A DNA stretch of 64,000 nt from Deltaproteobacteria bacterium (GCA_016874715.1 VGTK01000004.1:3587-67586), one strand, 5' to 3'; counted from the first letter of the stretch, positions 8,875-19,012 are shown. Notes: generated by a model not told the origin, from the sequence alone. Numbers and translations are program-made.

Positions 8875-9650
8875 CAGCGCGACCCGCCGCCGCTCGGTGC
8901 GAGCAGCGCGTCGATCGCGGCCGCCTGCCGGCGCGGCGTCTCGACCATCTGGCGCACGACGTCGTGCGCCGGTGCGGTGAGCAGCTCCCGCGGCGTGCCC
9001 ACCTGCAGCAGGTGTCCCGCGTCCATCACCGCGATGCGGTCGCCGAGCAGCAGCGCCTCGCTCATGTCGTGCGTGACGAAGATCGCGGTGAGCCCCAGCC
9101 GCTCGCGGATGAGGCGGAACGACTGCTGGACGCGGTCGCGCGTCAGCGGGTCGAGCGCGCCGAACGGCTCGTCGAGGAGCATCAGCCGGGGCTCGGCGGC
9201 CAGCGCGCGGGCGACGCCGACGCGCTGCTGCTGTCCCCCCGAGAGCTCGTGCGGGCGCCGGTCGCGGACCAGCCCGGGGTCGAGCTCGACCATCTCGAGC
9301 AGCTCGTCGACGCGCCGCGCGATGCGGCGCGCGTCCCAGCCGAGTAACGACGGTGTGACCGCGACGTTCTCCGCCACCGTCATGTGCGGAAAGAGCCCGA
9401 CGCGCTGGAACGCGTAGCCGATGCGGCGGCGCAGCTCGTGCGGCGGCAGAGAGGATGCGTCCTCGCCATCGATGCGCACGCGCCCCGAGGTCGGCTCGAC
9501 GAGGCGGTTGACCATCTTGAGCGTCGTGGTCTTGCCGCAGCCCGAGCCGCCCAGCAGGACCAGCAGCTCGCCGTCGGCGACGGTCAAGCTGAGCTCCGCC
9601 ACGGCGACGTGCACCCCGTAGCGCCTGGACAGCCGGTCGAGCTCGATCAT
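8874..9650 (-). CDS. Osmoprotectant-type ABC transporter ATP-binding protein
   Basis: Track ORF 8874..9650. Walker A GGSGCGKTT, signature LSGGQQQRV, Walker B LLLDEPFGALD. No CBS tail. Confidence 0.9.
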   Translation of the reverse strand: MIELDRLSRRYGVHVAVAELSLTVADGELLVLLGGSGCGKTTTLKMVNRLVEPTSGRVRIDGEDASSLPPHELRRRIGYAFQRVGLFPHMTVAENVAVTPSLLGWDARRIARRVDELLEMVELDPGLVRDRRPHELSGGQQQRVGVARALAAEPRLMLLDEPFGALDPLTRDRVQQSFRLIRERLGLTAIFVTHDMSEALLLGDRIAVMDAGHLLQVGTPRELLTAPAHDVVRQMVETPRRQAAAIDALLAPSGGGSR

Positions 9651-9860
9651 CGTACGCCCCGAACGCTACACCACGCCGTGGGGGCGCGCGACGTCCGTCC
9701 AACCGCCCGGGTCCCGGTCGAGGGCGCGATCACCTCGCCCCGCAGCGTCGCGACGCGCGGAGCCACCAGACGAGGATCGGCTGCGAGCGGCCCGATCGCG
9801 AAGCCTCGGGGCGCCCGCGCCCCCGGCGGCGATCTCCGCCAGCCGCTCCGGCGACCGGCA

Positions 9861-10172
9861 TCAGGTTCGCGGCTCGGCGGTCGCGGGGAGCGCGACCTCG
9901 ACGCGATCGCCCGCGCGTCGGGCCGGCCACGCCGCCACGGGCCTGCGGACGGGTGCGGCCGCCGGCGAGCCGTCGCGCACGTCGACCCGCCCGCCGTGCA
10001 GCGGGCACTCGAGGAGGAAGCCGCAGAGCCGCCCGCCGGCCAGAGGGGTGCGCGCGTGCGAGCACCGGTCGTCGAGCACGTACGGTACGCCGTCGACGTT
10101 GCACAGCAGGAGGTCGCGGCCGGCGACGTGAAACGGGATCGTTCGGCCGGGCTCGGGAAGTGATGCCGGCAC
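9861..10172 (-). CDS. Rieske [2Fe-2S] ferredoxin-like small protein
   Basis: C-terminus of track ORF 9861..11021. Motifs CSH and CPLH (DDRCSHARTPLAGGRLCGFLLECPLHGGRVDV). First in-frame canonical start is GTG 10172, but conserved WVEV lies just upstream, so the true start may be a non-canonical codon near 10200. Confidence 0.7.
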   Translation of the reverse strand: MPASLPEPGRTIPFHVAGRDLLLCNVDGVPYVLDDRCSHARTPLAGGRLCGFLLECPLHGGRVDVRDGSPAAAPVRRPVAAWPARRAGDRVEVALPATAEPRT

Positions 10173-10198
10173 CTCGACCCACGTCTCGGCGTGTCCGC

Positions 10199-11470
10199 TC
10201 AGCGCGGTTCTCCGTCGACGTAGTGCATCAGCGTGTCGTGGAAGTGGCGGATGCGAACCTCCTGCGCGCCCAGGTGCAGCTCGCGAAACGCTGCGGAGCG
10301 CATGCCGAGCTGGATGCGGGGCAGGTTGTACAGGTCCTCGTCGATCAGGTCGCCGCCCTCGACCTTGCCGGCACACGTTTCGCGCGCGCCGTCGAGGAAG
10401 AGCTTCGCGGGCCGCGGCACGTCCTGCGAGGGCGCGTTCACGAGGCTCAGGAAGTCGAAGAACATCCTGTTCGGGTCGTCCGGGTGGGGGCGGTGGGTGA
10501 ACACCCAGACGAACATCGAGTGCGTGTTGAGGGTGAGGTTCGGGAACACCGTGTAGTGAAAGTCGTCGCACATCTGCGCGTCGCTGAGGCGCGAGAAGTC
10601 CGCGCCGGTCAGCGGCGCCATCGCGCGGACGGCGTCGGCGAAGGCGCGCCGCGCTTCGGCCTCCGTTCCCGCGAAGTCCTTGACGCCGACGCGCTCGAGG
10701 AAGAACTCCCGGATCTCCGGCGTGACGGTGCCCGCGCCCGGGTGGCGGAGACTCGCCTGCACTTCGGGAAAGATCATGCGGGTGTGCTTGTCGTAGCAGT
10801 CGTACTGCGTGCGCGTGTCGTCGCTGAACGCGATCGTCCACGGGTGCGTCGCGGAGATGTGATACGCCTCGTTGAACGCGTCCACCGACGTCTTCCAGTT
10901 GCACTCGATCGCGATCGTGCAGTCGAAGGCGATCTTCCAGCGTTCGAGTCCGTACGCGTCGAGGTGCTCGGAAACGACACCGAGGTAGTCGGCGAGCGAC
11001 TCGACGTCGGGGTCGAGGCACACGAACACGAAGCCCGCCCAGGTGTCGCAGCGCACCGGCCGGAGACTCAGGCGGTCGCAGGGCGTTCCCTGCGGGAACG
11101 ACTCGGCGTCGAGTGCTTCGAGCAGAGTGCCGTCGATGCCGTAACGCCAGCCATGGAAGAGGCAGGCGAACTCCGACGCATGGCCGCGACCCGGCTCGCG
11201 CAGCCGGTTGCCGCGGTGCATGCAGACGTTGTGGCGTGCCGCGATCGAGCCGTCGGCCTGGCGGACGACGAGCACCGACTCCGTCCCGATCTCGAAGGTG
11301 AAGTAGTCACCCGGCTCGACGACGTCCGACGTGCGTCCGGCCAGCAGCCAGACCTTCGTCCACATGCGCTGCCACTCCAGCGCCGCGAACGCGCGGTCGG
11401 TGTAGCGTTCCTTCGGTATCCCGTCGTGGCGCGCGCCTTCCGTGCTCGCGCCGCTGGTCGTCGTTGGCAT
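10199..11470 (-). CDS. Rieske non-heme iron oxygenase, alpha (catalytic) subunit
   Basis: Track ORF 10199..11794, start moved to ATG 11470 (MPTTTSG). Rieske site CMHRGNRL..CLFHGW; mononuclear iron motif NWKTSVDAFNEAYHISATH. Confidence 0.85.
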   Translation of the reverse strand: MPTTTSGASTEGARHDGIPKERYTDRAFAALEWQRMWTKVWLLAGRTSDVVEPGDYFTFEIGTESVLVVRQADGSIAARHNVCMHRGNRLREPGRGHASEFACLFHGWRYGIDGTLLEALDAESFPQGTPCDRLSLRPVRCDTWAGFVFVCLDPDVESLADYLGVVSEHLDAYGLERWKIAFDCTIAIECNWKTSVDAFNEAYHISATHPWTIAFSDDTRTQYDCYDKHTRMIFPEVQASLRHPGAGTVTPEIREFFLERVGVKDFAGTEAEARRAFADAVRAMAPLTGADFSRLSDAQMCDDFHYTVFPNLTLNTHSMFVWVFTHRPHPDDPNRMFFDFLSLVNAPSQDVPRPAKLFLDGARETCAGKVEGGDLIDEDLYNLPRIQLGMRSAAFRELHLGAQEVRIRHFHDTLMHYVDGEPR

Positions 11471-11555
11471 CGCCCGCTCCTGCTCAGGGCCCCGAGATTC
11501 GACCATCGTGCGCCGCGACGCAACTCGCGCACCGCCGTGTGCGGCGGGCCGTCGA

Positions 11556-11975
11556 CTACTCGCCGACGAAGTGCACGGCGATGCGGCGGCTGTGCGCCGC
11601 GTGGCGGTGCTCCCACACGTAGATGCCCTGCCACGTCCCGAGCTGCATCGCGCCGCCGTCGACCGGGATGGACAGCGAAGACTGCGTGAGCGCCGCGCGC
11701 ACGTGCGACGGCATGTCGTCCGGACCTTCGGCGGTGTGGCGGAAGCGCGCGTCGCCGTCCGGAACGAGATGCGCAAAGAACGTCTCGAGATCACGCAGCA
11801 CGTCGGGGTCGGCGTTCTCCTGGATCAGCAGGCTCGCCGACGTGTGCCGGAGCAGCAGCGTGAGGAGTCCGCTCCGCGCCCCGGTCGCGCGGAGCCAGCG
11901 CGCGACCTCGGCCGTGATCTCGATCAGCGCGCGACCGTGCGTCGCGATGCTCAGCTCGCCAAGCTCCTGTCGCAC
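11556..11975 (-). CDS. yjbQ: YjbQ/UPF0047 family protein (secondary thiamine-phosphate synthase-like)
   Basis: Track ORF 11556..11975. TLLLRHTSASLLIQENADPDV, MPSHVRAALTQSSLSIPV and LGTWQGIYVWEHR are typical of the family. Confidence 0.8.
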   Translation of the reverse strand: MRQELGELSIATHGRALIEITAEVARWLRATGARSGLLTLLLRHTSASLLIQENADPDVLRDLETFFAHLVPDGDARFRHTAEGPDDMPSHVRAALTQSSLSIPVDGGAMQLGTWQGIYVWEHRHAAHSRRIAVHFVGE

Positions 11976-12045
11976 GGGGGATGACTAGGCGAGCACGCCG
12001 ACCGCAGCAACCGCCCTCGTGCGACGAGCGTGGAGCGCGTCGGCT

Positions 12046-12543
12046 TCAGCCCGCCTTCGCGGCCTCGGTCTTCGCGGGCTTGCCGCGCTTGACGGTGCGG
12101 CGCCTGCGCGTCTTCCCCGGTGCGCGCTTCGCCGGCACGCCACCCGCATCGCCGCCCGTCTTCTCGTAGATGCCCTTGCTGACGCGGCGAACGCGCTTGG
12201 TCATCTCCCAGCGGTTCAGGGCCGGGTACACCTGGGGGCGGCCCTTCGCGGCCGCCCCGGGGTGCTTCATCACGTCCTCGACGCCGAAGCGCTTCGGCAG
12301 GAAGGCGAGCACGTCGTCCCACTTGACGCGCTTGCCGCCGGAGCGGCCGGGCGGGCGACCGGGACCGCGCGTCGCGGCCGCCCGGACTCCGCTTCCTGCG
12401 AGCTGCCGCCACTGGTGTAGCTGCCCACGAAGCTCGGTGAGCTCGCCCTCGAGCGAACGAATCTGACCTTCGAGCTGCTGCAGAACCTTAGCTGCCTGAG
12501 CGCGAATCGCGCCGAAGAAATCAGTCTTCTTGTCTCGGGGCAT
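12046..12543 (-). CDS. Hypothetical basic protein with N-terminal coiled coil, GRP (AT-hook-like) segment and Lys/Arg-rich tail
   Basis: Last 165 codons of track ORF 12046..14526, from ATG 12543 (MPRDKKTDFFGAIRAQAAKVLQQLEGQIRSLEGELTELRGQL). Contains RGPGRPPGRSGGKR. Tail is KRAPGKTRRRRTVKRGKPAKTEAAKAG. No family recognised. Confidence 0.5.
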   Translation of the reverse strand: MPRDKKTDFFGAIRAQAAKVLQQLEGQIRSLEGELTELRGQLHQWRQLAGSGVRAAATRGPGRPPGRSGGKRVKWDDVLAFLPKRFGVEDVMKHPGAAAKGRPQVYPALNRWEMTKRVRRVSKGIYEKTGGDAGGVPAKRAPGKTRRRRTVKRGKPAKTEAAKAG

Positions 12544-12638
12544 GCATTCCTCCTGTTCGATCTCCCGGGGACGACGACGTTGCAGATGTCGTGTCGGCTC
12601 TCCTAGCAATCGCGACTCGCGGCGCAACTTTAGGTCGG

Positions 12639-12704
12639 CTGGACGCGGAAATGAGTCGTCCGAAAGGTCGCCTGGACGAGCATAATGAGTCGTCCGAAGC
12701 ACGA
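12639..12704. repeat. Tandem direct repeat, about 33 bp x 2
   Basis: ctggacgcggaaatgagtcgtccgaaaggtcgc / ctggacgagcataatgagtcgtccgaagcacga. A perfect 15-mer aatgagtcgtccgaa occurs at 12650 and 12684. Lies between the ABC-F stop and the 12543 start. Confidence 0.7.
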
Positions 12705-12749
12705 GCACATTACGAATGCGGCGCCGCCGGGAGGGGGCAAGCGCGCGGA

Positions 12750-14372
<1,623 letters not shown>

Positions 14373-14503
14373 AGTGAAGTGCCCAGGAAGACGCGAAGGC
14401 GATGCGGAGACCACCCTCCGTAGCGAAAGCGCCGCCTCCGGGCACGCAGGCGGTCGCGGCTTTCTCCGAGCCTGCGGGCGTGCGATACCCCGCTGCGACG
14501 GCG

Positions 14504-15244
14504 ATGGCAGCACGTACGGGGGACACCAGCAGGCCGGCGGCGGGCCGCGGCGGCGTGATCGGCCGCGGCTACGACGCGACCCAAGCTCTGGCCCACATCC
14601 GGACCGCGGATCCGCGGCTCGGCGCGTTCGTCGACCGCCACGGCGCGTTCGCGATGCAGCGCAAGGTGACGAGCAGCACCTTCGCCTCGCTCGCCGAGGC
14701 GATCGTCTACCAGCAGCTCAACGGCCGCGCCGCGGCGACGATCTTCGCGCGCTTCACGGCGCTCTACCCCGGGCGCCGCCCACCCGCTGCCGGGGACGTG
14801 CTCGCGACACCGGACGAGTCGCTCCGCGCGGTCGGCCTGTCGCGCAACAAGATTCGCGCGATCCGCGACCTCGCCGAGCGTACGCTGGAGGGCCGGGTTC
14901 CGAGCGTCGCGACGCTGCGCCGCATGCGCGACGACGACATCGTCGTATGCTTGACGGAGGTGCGGGGCATCGGGCGGTGGACGGTGGAGATGCTGCTCAT
15001 CTTCCGTCTCGGCCGGCCCGACGTGCTGCCGGCCGACGACTACGGCGTGCGCAAGGGGTTCGCCGTCGTCCACCGCAAGCGCACCTTGCCGACCCCGGCC
15101 GAGCTGCTGCGCCACGGCGAGCGCTGGCGCCCGTATCGCTCGGTTGCGAGCTGGTACCTCTGGCGCGCGGCGGACGGCGCGCCGCGCATCCCGCACGAGG
15201 GGCCGCGCGAGTCGTCCGCCGCGGCGAGATCTCAGCGGCGCTGA
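14504..15244 (+). CDS. alkA: DNA-3-methyladenine glycosylase II (HhH-GPD superfamily)
   Basis: Track ORF 14402..15244, start moved to ATG 14504. Helix-hairpin-helix LTEVRGIGRWTVEMLLIF and catalytic Asp region PADDYGVRKG. Confidence 0.75.
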   Translation: MAARTGDTSRPAAGRGGVIGRGYDATQALAHIRTADPRLGAFVDRHGAFAMQRKVTSSTFASLAEAIVYQQLNGRAAATIFARFTALYPGRRPPAAGDVLATPDESLRAVGLSRNKIRAIRDLAERTLEGRVPSVATLRRMRDDDIVVCLTEVRGIGRWTVEMLLIFRLGRPDVLPADDYGVRKGFAVVHRKRTLPTPAELLRHGERWRPYRSVASWYLWRAADGAPRIPHEGPRESSAAARSQRR

Positions 15245-15585
15245 CCGCGGGACTCCTCGGCCTCGCGCGCGCAGTCGATGCAGACCGTCACCTCGGGCAT
15301 CGCCTGGAGGCGCGTGGCCGCGATCCGGCCGTCGCAGCTCACGCAGCGACCGTACGTGCCGGCATCGAGGCGGGCGAGGGCCGTGTGCAGCCGCGCGACC
15401 AGCGCGCGGTTGTCGGCGTCGAGCGCCTCGAGCACCTGGTCGTTCTCGAGGACGATCGCGTTCTCGTCCCAGTCGGCCTCGAGGGGCGTTCTCTCGCGTC
15501 GCAGGTCGCCCTCGATCTTCGCGTTGCGCTCGAGGACCTCGCGAATCCTGGTGCGCAGCTGCTCGCGGATCGCGTCGTGGTTCAT
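15232..15585 (-). CDS. DksA/TraR family C4-type zinc-finger protein
   Basis: Track ORF 15232..15585. Coiled-coil N-terminus and CVSCDG..N17..CIDC. Its 3' end overlaps the alkA 3' end by 13 nt. Confidence 0.8.
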   Translation of the reverse strand: MNHDAIREQLRTRIREVLERNAKIEGDLRRERTPLEADWDENAIVLENDQVLEALDADNRALVARLHTALARLDAGTYGRCVSCDGRIAATRLQAMPEVTVCIDCAREAEESRGQRR

Positions 15586-15588
15586 GCG

Positions 15589-16071
15589 TCACCCCTCCTG
15601 CGCGGCGTGGTTCGGCTCGTAAACGCTGTACAGATGCACCGGGATCCGGAGGTCGCCGAGGTGGTGCTCGATGAGCGGCCGCACGTCGTCCCAGGCGAGC
15701 CGCCCGACGCCCGTCGCCAGCCTCGGCAGGGCGGCGCTCGCGAAGCCCTCCTTGTCGATCGTCTTGCGGAGAGCGCGGAGGGCCGCGTTCACGTGCTCGA
15801 GGTGCGCCGTCCCGGGACGCGCGCCGTGGCCGTAGGCCGCCGTCTGCGTGAACAGGTTCGCGATCCGCACGCCCGGACCGCCCCACAGCCAGAGCTCGCC
15901 CTCGGCGGGGTGGCTCACGCGGCAGAAGTGCCGGAAGTCCTTGTACAGCGACGGCCAGCGCTCGCGCAGCGCGAGCGCCAGGCCGCTCGAGAAGTCGTCG
16001 TTCGGTGCCACGCCGTGCGCGACCACGTCGGCCCTCGAGAGCAGGATGTCGCCATGGACCTCGCGAATCAT
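15589..16071 (-). CDS. Stand-alone macro domain protein (TARG1/OARD1-like layout)
   Basis: Last 160 codons of track ORF 15589..16887, from ATG 16071 (MIREVHGDILLSRADVVAHGVAPNDDFSSGLALAL..LPRLATGVGRLAWDDV). Its stop is 3 nt from the DksA/TraR start. Confidence 0.7.
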   Translation of the reverse strand: MIREVHGDILLSRADVVAHGVAPNDDFSSGLALALRERWPSLYKDFRHFCRVSHPAEGELWLWGGPGVRIANLFTQTAAYGHGARPGTAHLEHVNAALRALRKTIDKEGFASAALPRLATGVGRLAWDDVRPLIEHHLGDLRIPVHLYSVYEPNHAAQEG

Positions 16072-16293
16072 GTCGTCTCCTGCGGTCTCTTCCCGTCCGC
16101 GAAACCCGGACGCAGGTGGAATTCCCATGCGCGCGGATCGCCACCTGCGGGACCGCGATTCGTCCGTCGCTGCCCGGGGGAGCAGCAATCGCAGGGCCAC
16201 GACGCGCTGCGCCGGGCTGGCGCAGCGTCCGGCGGTCGCGCTTGCGTGGCCGCGTCGCCCCGTCGAGGCTTCTGCGGTGCGTGGGCGGGGGGC

Positions 16294-16914
16294 ATGAGCG
16301 CGGCAACCGGGGAACACCGCGTCCTGATCCTGTTCGCGCACCCGGCGCTGCACCGCTCGCGCGTGAATCGCGCCCTGGTGCGCGCGGTGCGCGACGTCGA
16401 AGGCGTGACCTTTCGCGATCTCTACGAGCTGTACCCGGACTGCGACGTCGACAAGGCGCACGAGCAGGAGCTGCCGCTGCAGCACGACCTCCTCGTCCTG
16501 CAGCACCCGTTCTACTGGTACAGCGCGCCCGCGCTGGTGAAGCAGTGGATCGACGTCGTGCCGGAGCACGGCTGGGCCTACGGCGCGAAGGGCAACGCGC
16601 TGTGCGGCAAGACGATGCTCAGCGTTCTCAGCGCCGGCGGCGGCGCGAGCGCCTACACGCGCGAAGGCGTGAACCGGGACACGATGATCGAGTTGCTGGC
16701 GCCGCTCGCGCAGACGGCGCGGCTCTGCGGCATGGAGTACCTCCCGCCGTACGTGCTGCACGGGACGCACGCGCTCGACGACGGCGAGATCGAGCGATCT
16801 GCGGCGGAGTACCGGCGCGTCGTCGAGGCATTGCGCGACGGCCGCGCGGACCTCGATGCGGCGCGTGCGGGAGCCTACTTCAACCACGACCTCGGCGCCG
16901 TGCTGCGGAGCTGA
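16294..16914 (+). CDS. kefF: KefF/KefG-type flavodoxin-like NAD(P)H oxidoreductase, ancillary subunit of a K+ efflux system
   Basis: C-terminus of track ORF 14014..16914, from ATG 16294. VLILFAHPALHRSRVNRAL, LVLQHPFYWYSAPALVKQWIDVV and HGWAYG resemble E. coli KefF. Placed directly upstream of kefC. Confidence 0.8.
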   Translation: MSAATGEHRVLILFAHPALHRSRVNRALVRAVRDVEGVTFRDLYELYPDCDVDKAHEQELPLQHDLLVLQHPFYWYSAPALVKQWIDVVPEHGWAYGAKGNALCGKTMLSVLSAGGGASAYTREGVNRDTMIELLAPLAQTARLCGMEYLPPYVLHGTHALDDGEIERSAAEYRRVVEALRDGRADLDAARAGAYFNHDLGAVLRS

Positions 16915-16916
16915 GC

Positions 16917-18799
16917 GTGCCGCAGGACCTCTTCTTCCAGGCGTTCGTCTACCTCGCCGCGGCGGTCGTCTCGGTGCCGATCGCGAAGCGCCTCGGGATG
17001 GGCGCGGTGCTCGGCTACCTCGTCGCGGGTGTCGCGATCGGACCGTTCGGCCTCGCGCTGCTCGGCGCCGGCTCGCAGGACATCCCGCACTTCGCCGAGT
17101 TCGGCGTGGTGATGATGCTCTTCGTGGTCGGCCTCGAGCTCGAGCCGTCGCGGCTGTGGCGGCTGCGCGGCGCGTTGCTCGGCCTGGTAGGCCTGCAGGT
17201 GCTCGGCACGGCGCTCGCGATCTGCGCCACCGCGGTCGCGCTCGGCGTGGCGTGGCGCCCGGCGCTCGCGGCGGGCTTCATCCTCGCGATGTCGTCGACC
17301 GCGATCGTCCTGCAGTCGTTGAGCGAGAGGGGTCTGCTGAAGACCGAGGCCGGCGAGCGCGCGTTCGCGGTGCTGCTCTTCCAGGACATCGCCGTGATCC
17401 CGCTGCTGGCGCTGCTGCCGCTGCTCGCGAGCGCGGCCGCGCAACCGCACGCCGCCGGCGCGGCCGACCACGGACCGGTCTGGGTCGAGACGCTGCCGGC
17501 ATGGGGGCGCGCGCTGGTCACGCTCGGCGCCGTGGGCGCGATCGTCGCCGGCGGGCGCTGGCTGGTGGGACCGCTGTTCGGCGCGATTGCGCGCACGCGG
17601 CTCCAGGAGCTGTTCACCGCGGCGGCGCTGCTGCTCGTGGTCGGCATCACGCTCCTCATGACGCGGGTCGGGCTCAGCCCCGCGCTCGGTACCTTCGTCG
17701 CCGGCGTGGTGCTCGCGAACAGCGAGTACCGCCACGAGCTCGAGAGCGACATCGAGCCGTTCAAGGGGCTGCTGCTCGGGCTGTTCTTCATCGCGGTCGG
17801 TGCGTCGATCGACTTCGGCCTGGTCGGTGAGCGCGCGCCCCTGGTGTCGGGTCTCGTCGCCGGCCTCGTCGCCGTCAAGTTCCTCGTCCTGCTCGCGCTC
17901 GGGCGCGCCTTCCGCATGCGGCTCGACCAGAACCTGCTCTTCGGGCTGGCACTCGCCCAGGGGGGCGAGTTCTGCTTCGTGCTGCTGTCGTTCGCGGTGC
18001 AGAACGCGATTCTCGACGGCACGACCGCGAACGTGCTCGTCGCGACGGTGCGCTGTCGATGGCGGCGACGCCGCTGCTCCTGCTGGCGCACGAGAAGCTC
18101 CTGCAGCCGCGCTTCGGCGTCGCGACTCGCCCCGCGCGCGACGCCGACGAGGTCGACGAGCAGGGCACGGTGATCCTCGCCGGGTTCGGGGCCTTCGGGA
18201 CGATCGTGGGGCGCCTGCTCGTCGCGAATCGCGTGCCGACGACGATCCTCGACTTCGACCCCGACCACGTCGACCTGCTGAACCGCATCGGCATGAAGGT
18301 CTTCTACGGGGACGCGTCGCGCCTCGACCTGCTGCGCGCGGCGGGCGCCGAGACGGCGCGGCTGATGGTGCTGTCGATCGGCGACCCTGCCAAGACGCTC
18401 GAGATCGTCGAGACCGTGCGCCGGCACTTTCCGCAGCTGCGAATCCTCGCGCGGGCGCACACGCGACAGGAGGCCTACGACCTGCTCGGCGCGGGCGTGG
18501 ACGACGTGTACCGGGAGTCGCTCGACACGTCTCTGCGCATGGGCGTCGATGCGCTGCGGATGCTCGGCCGGCGCGCGACGCAGGCGCATCAAGCGGCACG
18601 GACGTTCCGCCGCCACGACGAGCGCGCGGTCCGGGTGCAGGCCCGGATCGAGGACGACGGGGAGTTCCGCGACAGCGCCTCGAAGGCGATCCGCGCGCTC
18701 GAGGAGCTGCTGCTGCGCGAGCTCGAGGGAGAATCCGACGCCGGCGACTCCTCCTGGGACTCGGAGTCGCTCCGTCGTGAGCACGCCGAGCGCGGCTGA
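16917..18799 (+). pseudogene. kefC: Glutathione-regulated K+/H+ antiporter KefC/KefB type (CPA2 membrane domain plus KTN/RCK domain); reading frame broken by an apparent 1-nt deletion near 18050
   Basis: GTG 16917 opens VPQDLFFQAFVYLAAAVVSVPIAKRLGMGAVLGYL, which stays family-like to ..TANVLVATV and then turns into Arg/Cys junk. Frame -1 (track ORF 18059..18799) continues with (L)SMAATPLLLLAHEKL, then the KTN domain VILAGFGAFGTIVGRLL. Inserting one G after 18050 would give VATVALSMAATP. Confidence 0.8.
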
Positions 18800-18963
18800 G
18801 CCGTTCGGCCTCCTCCGGACTCCGGGGGCCGCTGGCGCTTCTTCTCGTGGCGGGCCGTGCGCCGCTCGCGCGGCCAGCGGGCCCGCCCGACGCTTCGGAG
18901 TGACGCCGCACGCTACCCGACCGACGTGCTGCCCCGCGACTTCGCGGAGGCCAGCGTGACCAC

Positions 18964-19012
18964 GGCGTACGCGCCGCCGTAGGCCACCGTGCGCGACGAC
19001 CGCGCGTACGCC
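18964..19012 (-). terminator. Candidate stem-loop terminator after the GMC oxidoreductase gene
   Basis: Perfect 11-bp inverted repeat GGCGTACGCGC (18964-18974) / GCGCGTACGCC (19002-19012) with a 27-nt loop, 19 nt past the stop at 19031. No U tract. Confidence 0.3.

Noticed and set aside
18059-18799. ORF 18059..18799 as an independent TrkA/KTN-domain gene
   Set aside because: Its first residues (MAATPLLLLAHEKL) are the end of the last KefC transmembrane helix. The upstream frame loses all family similarity exactly at this point, so this is one gene with a frameshift.
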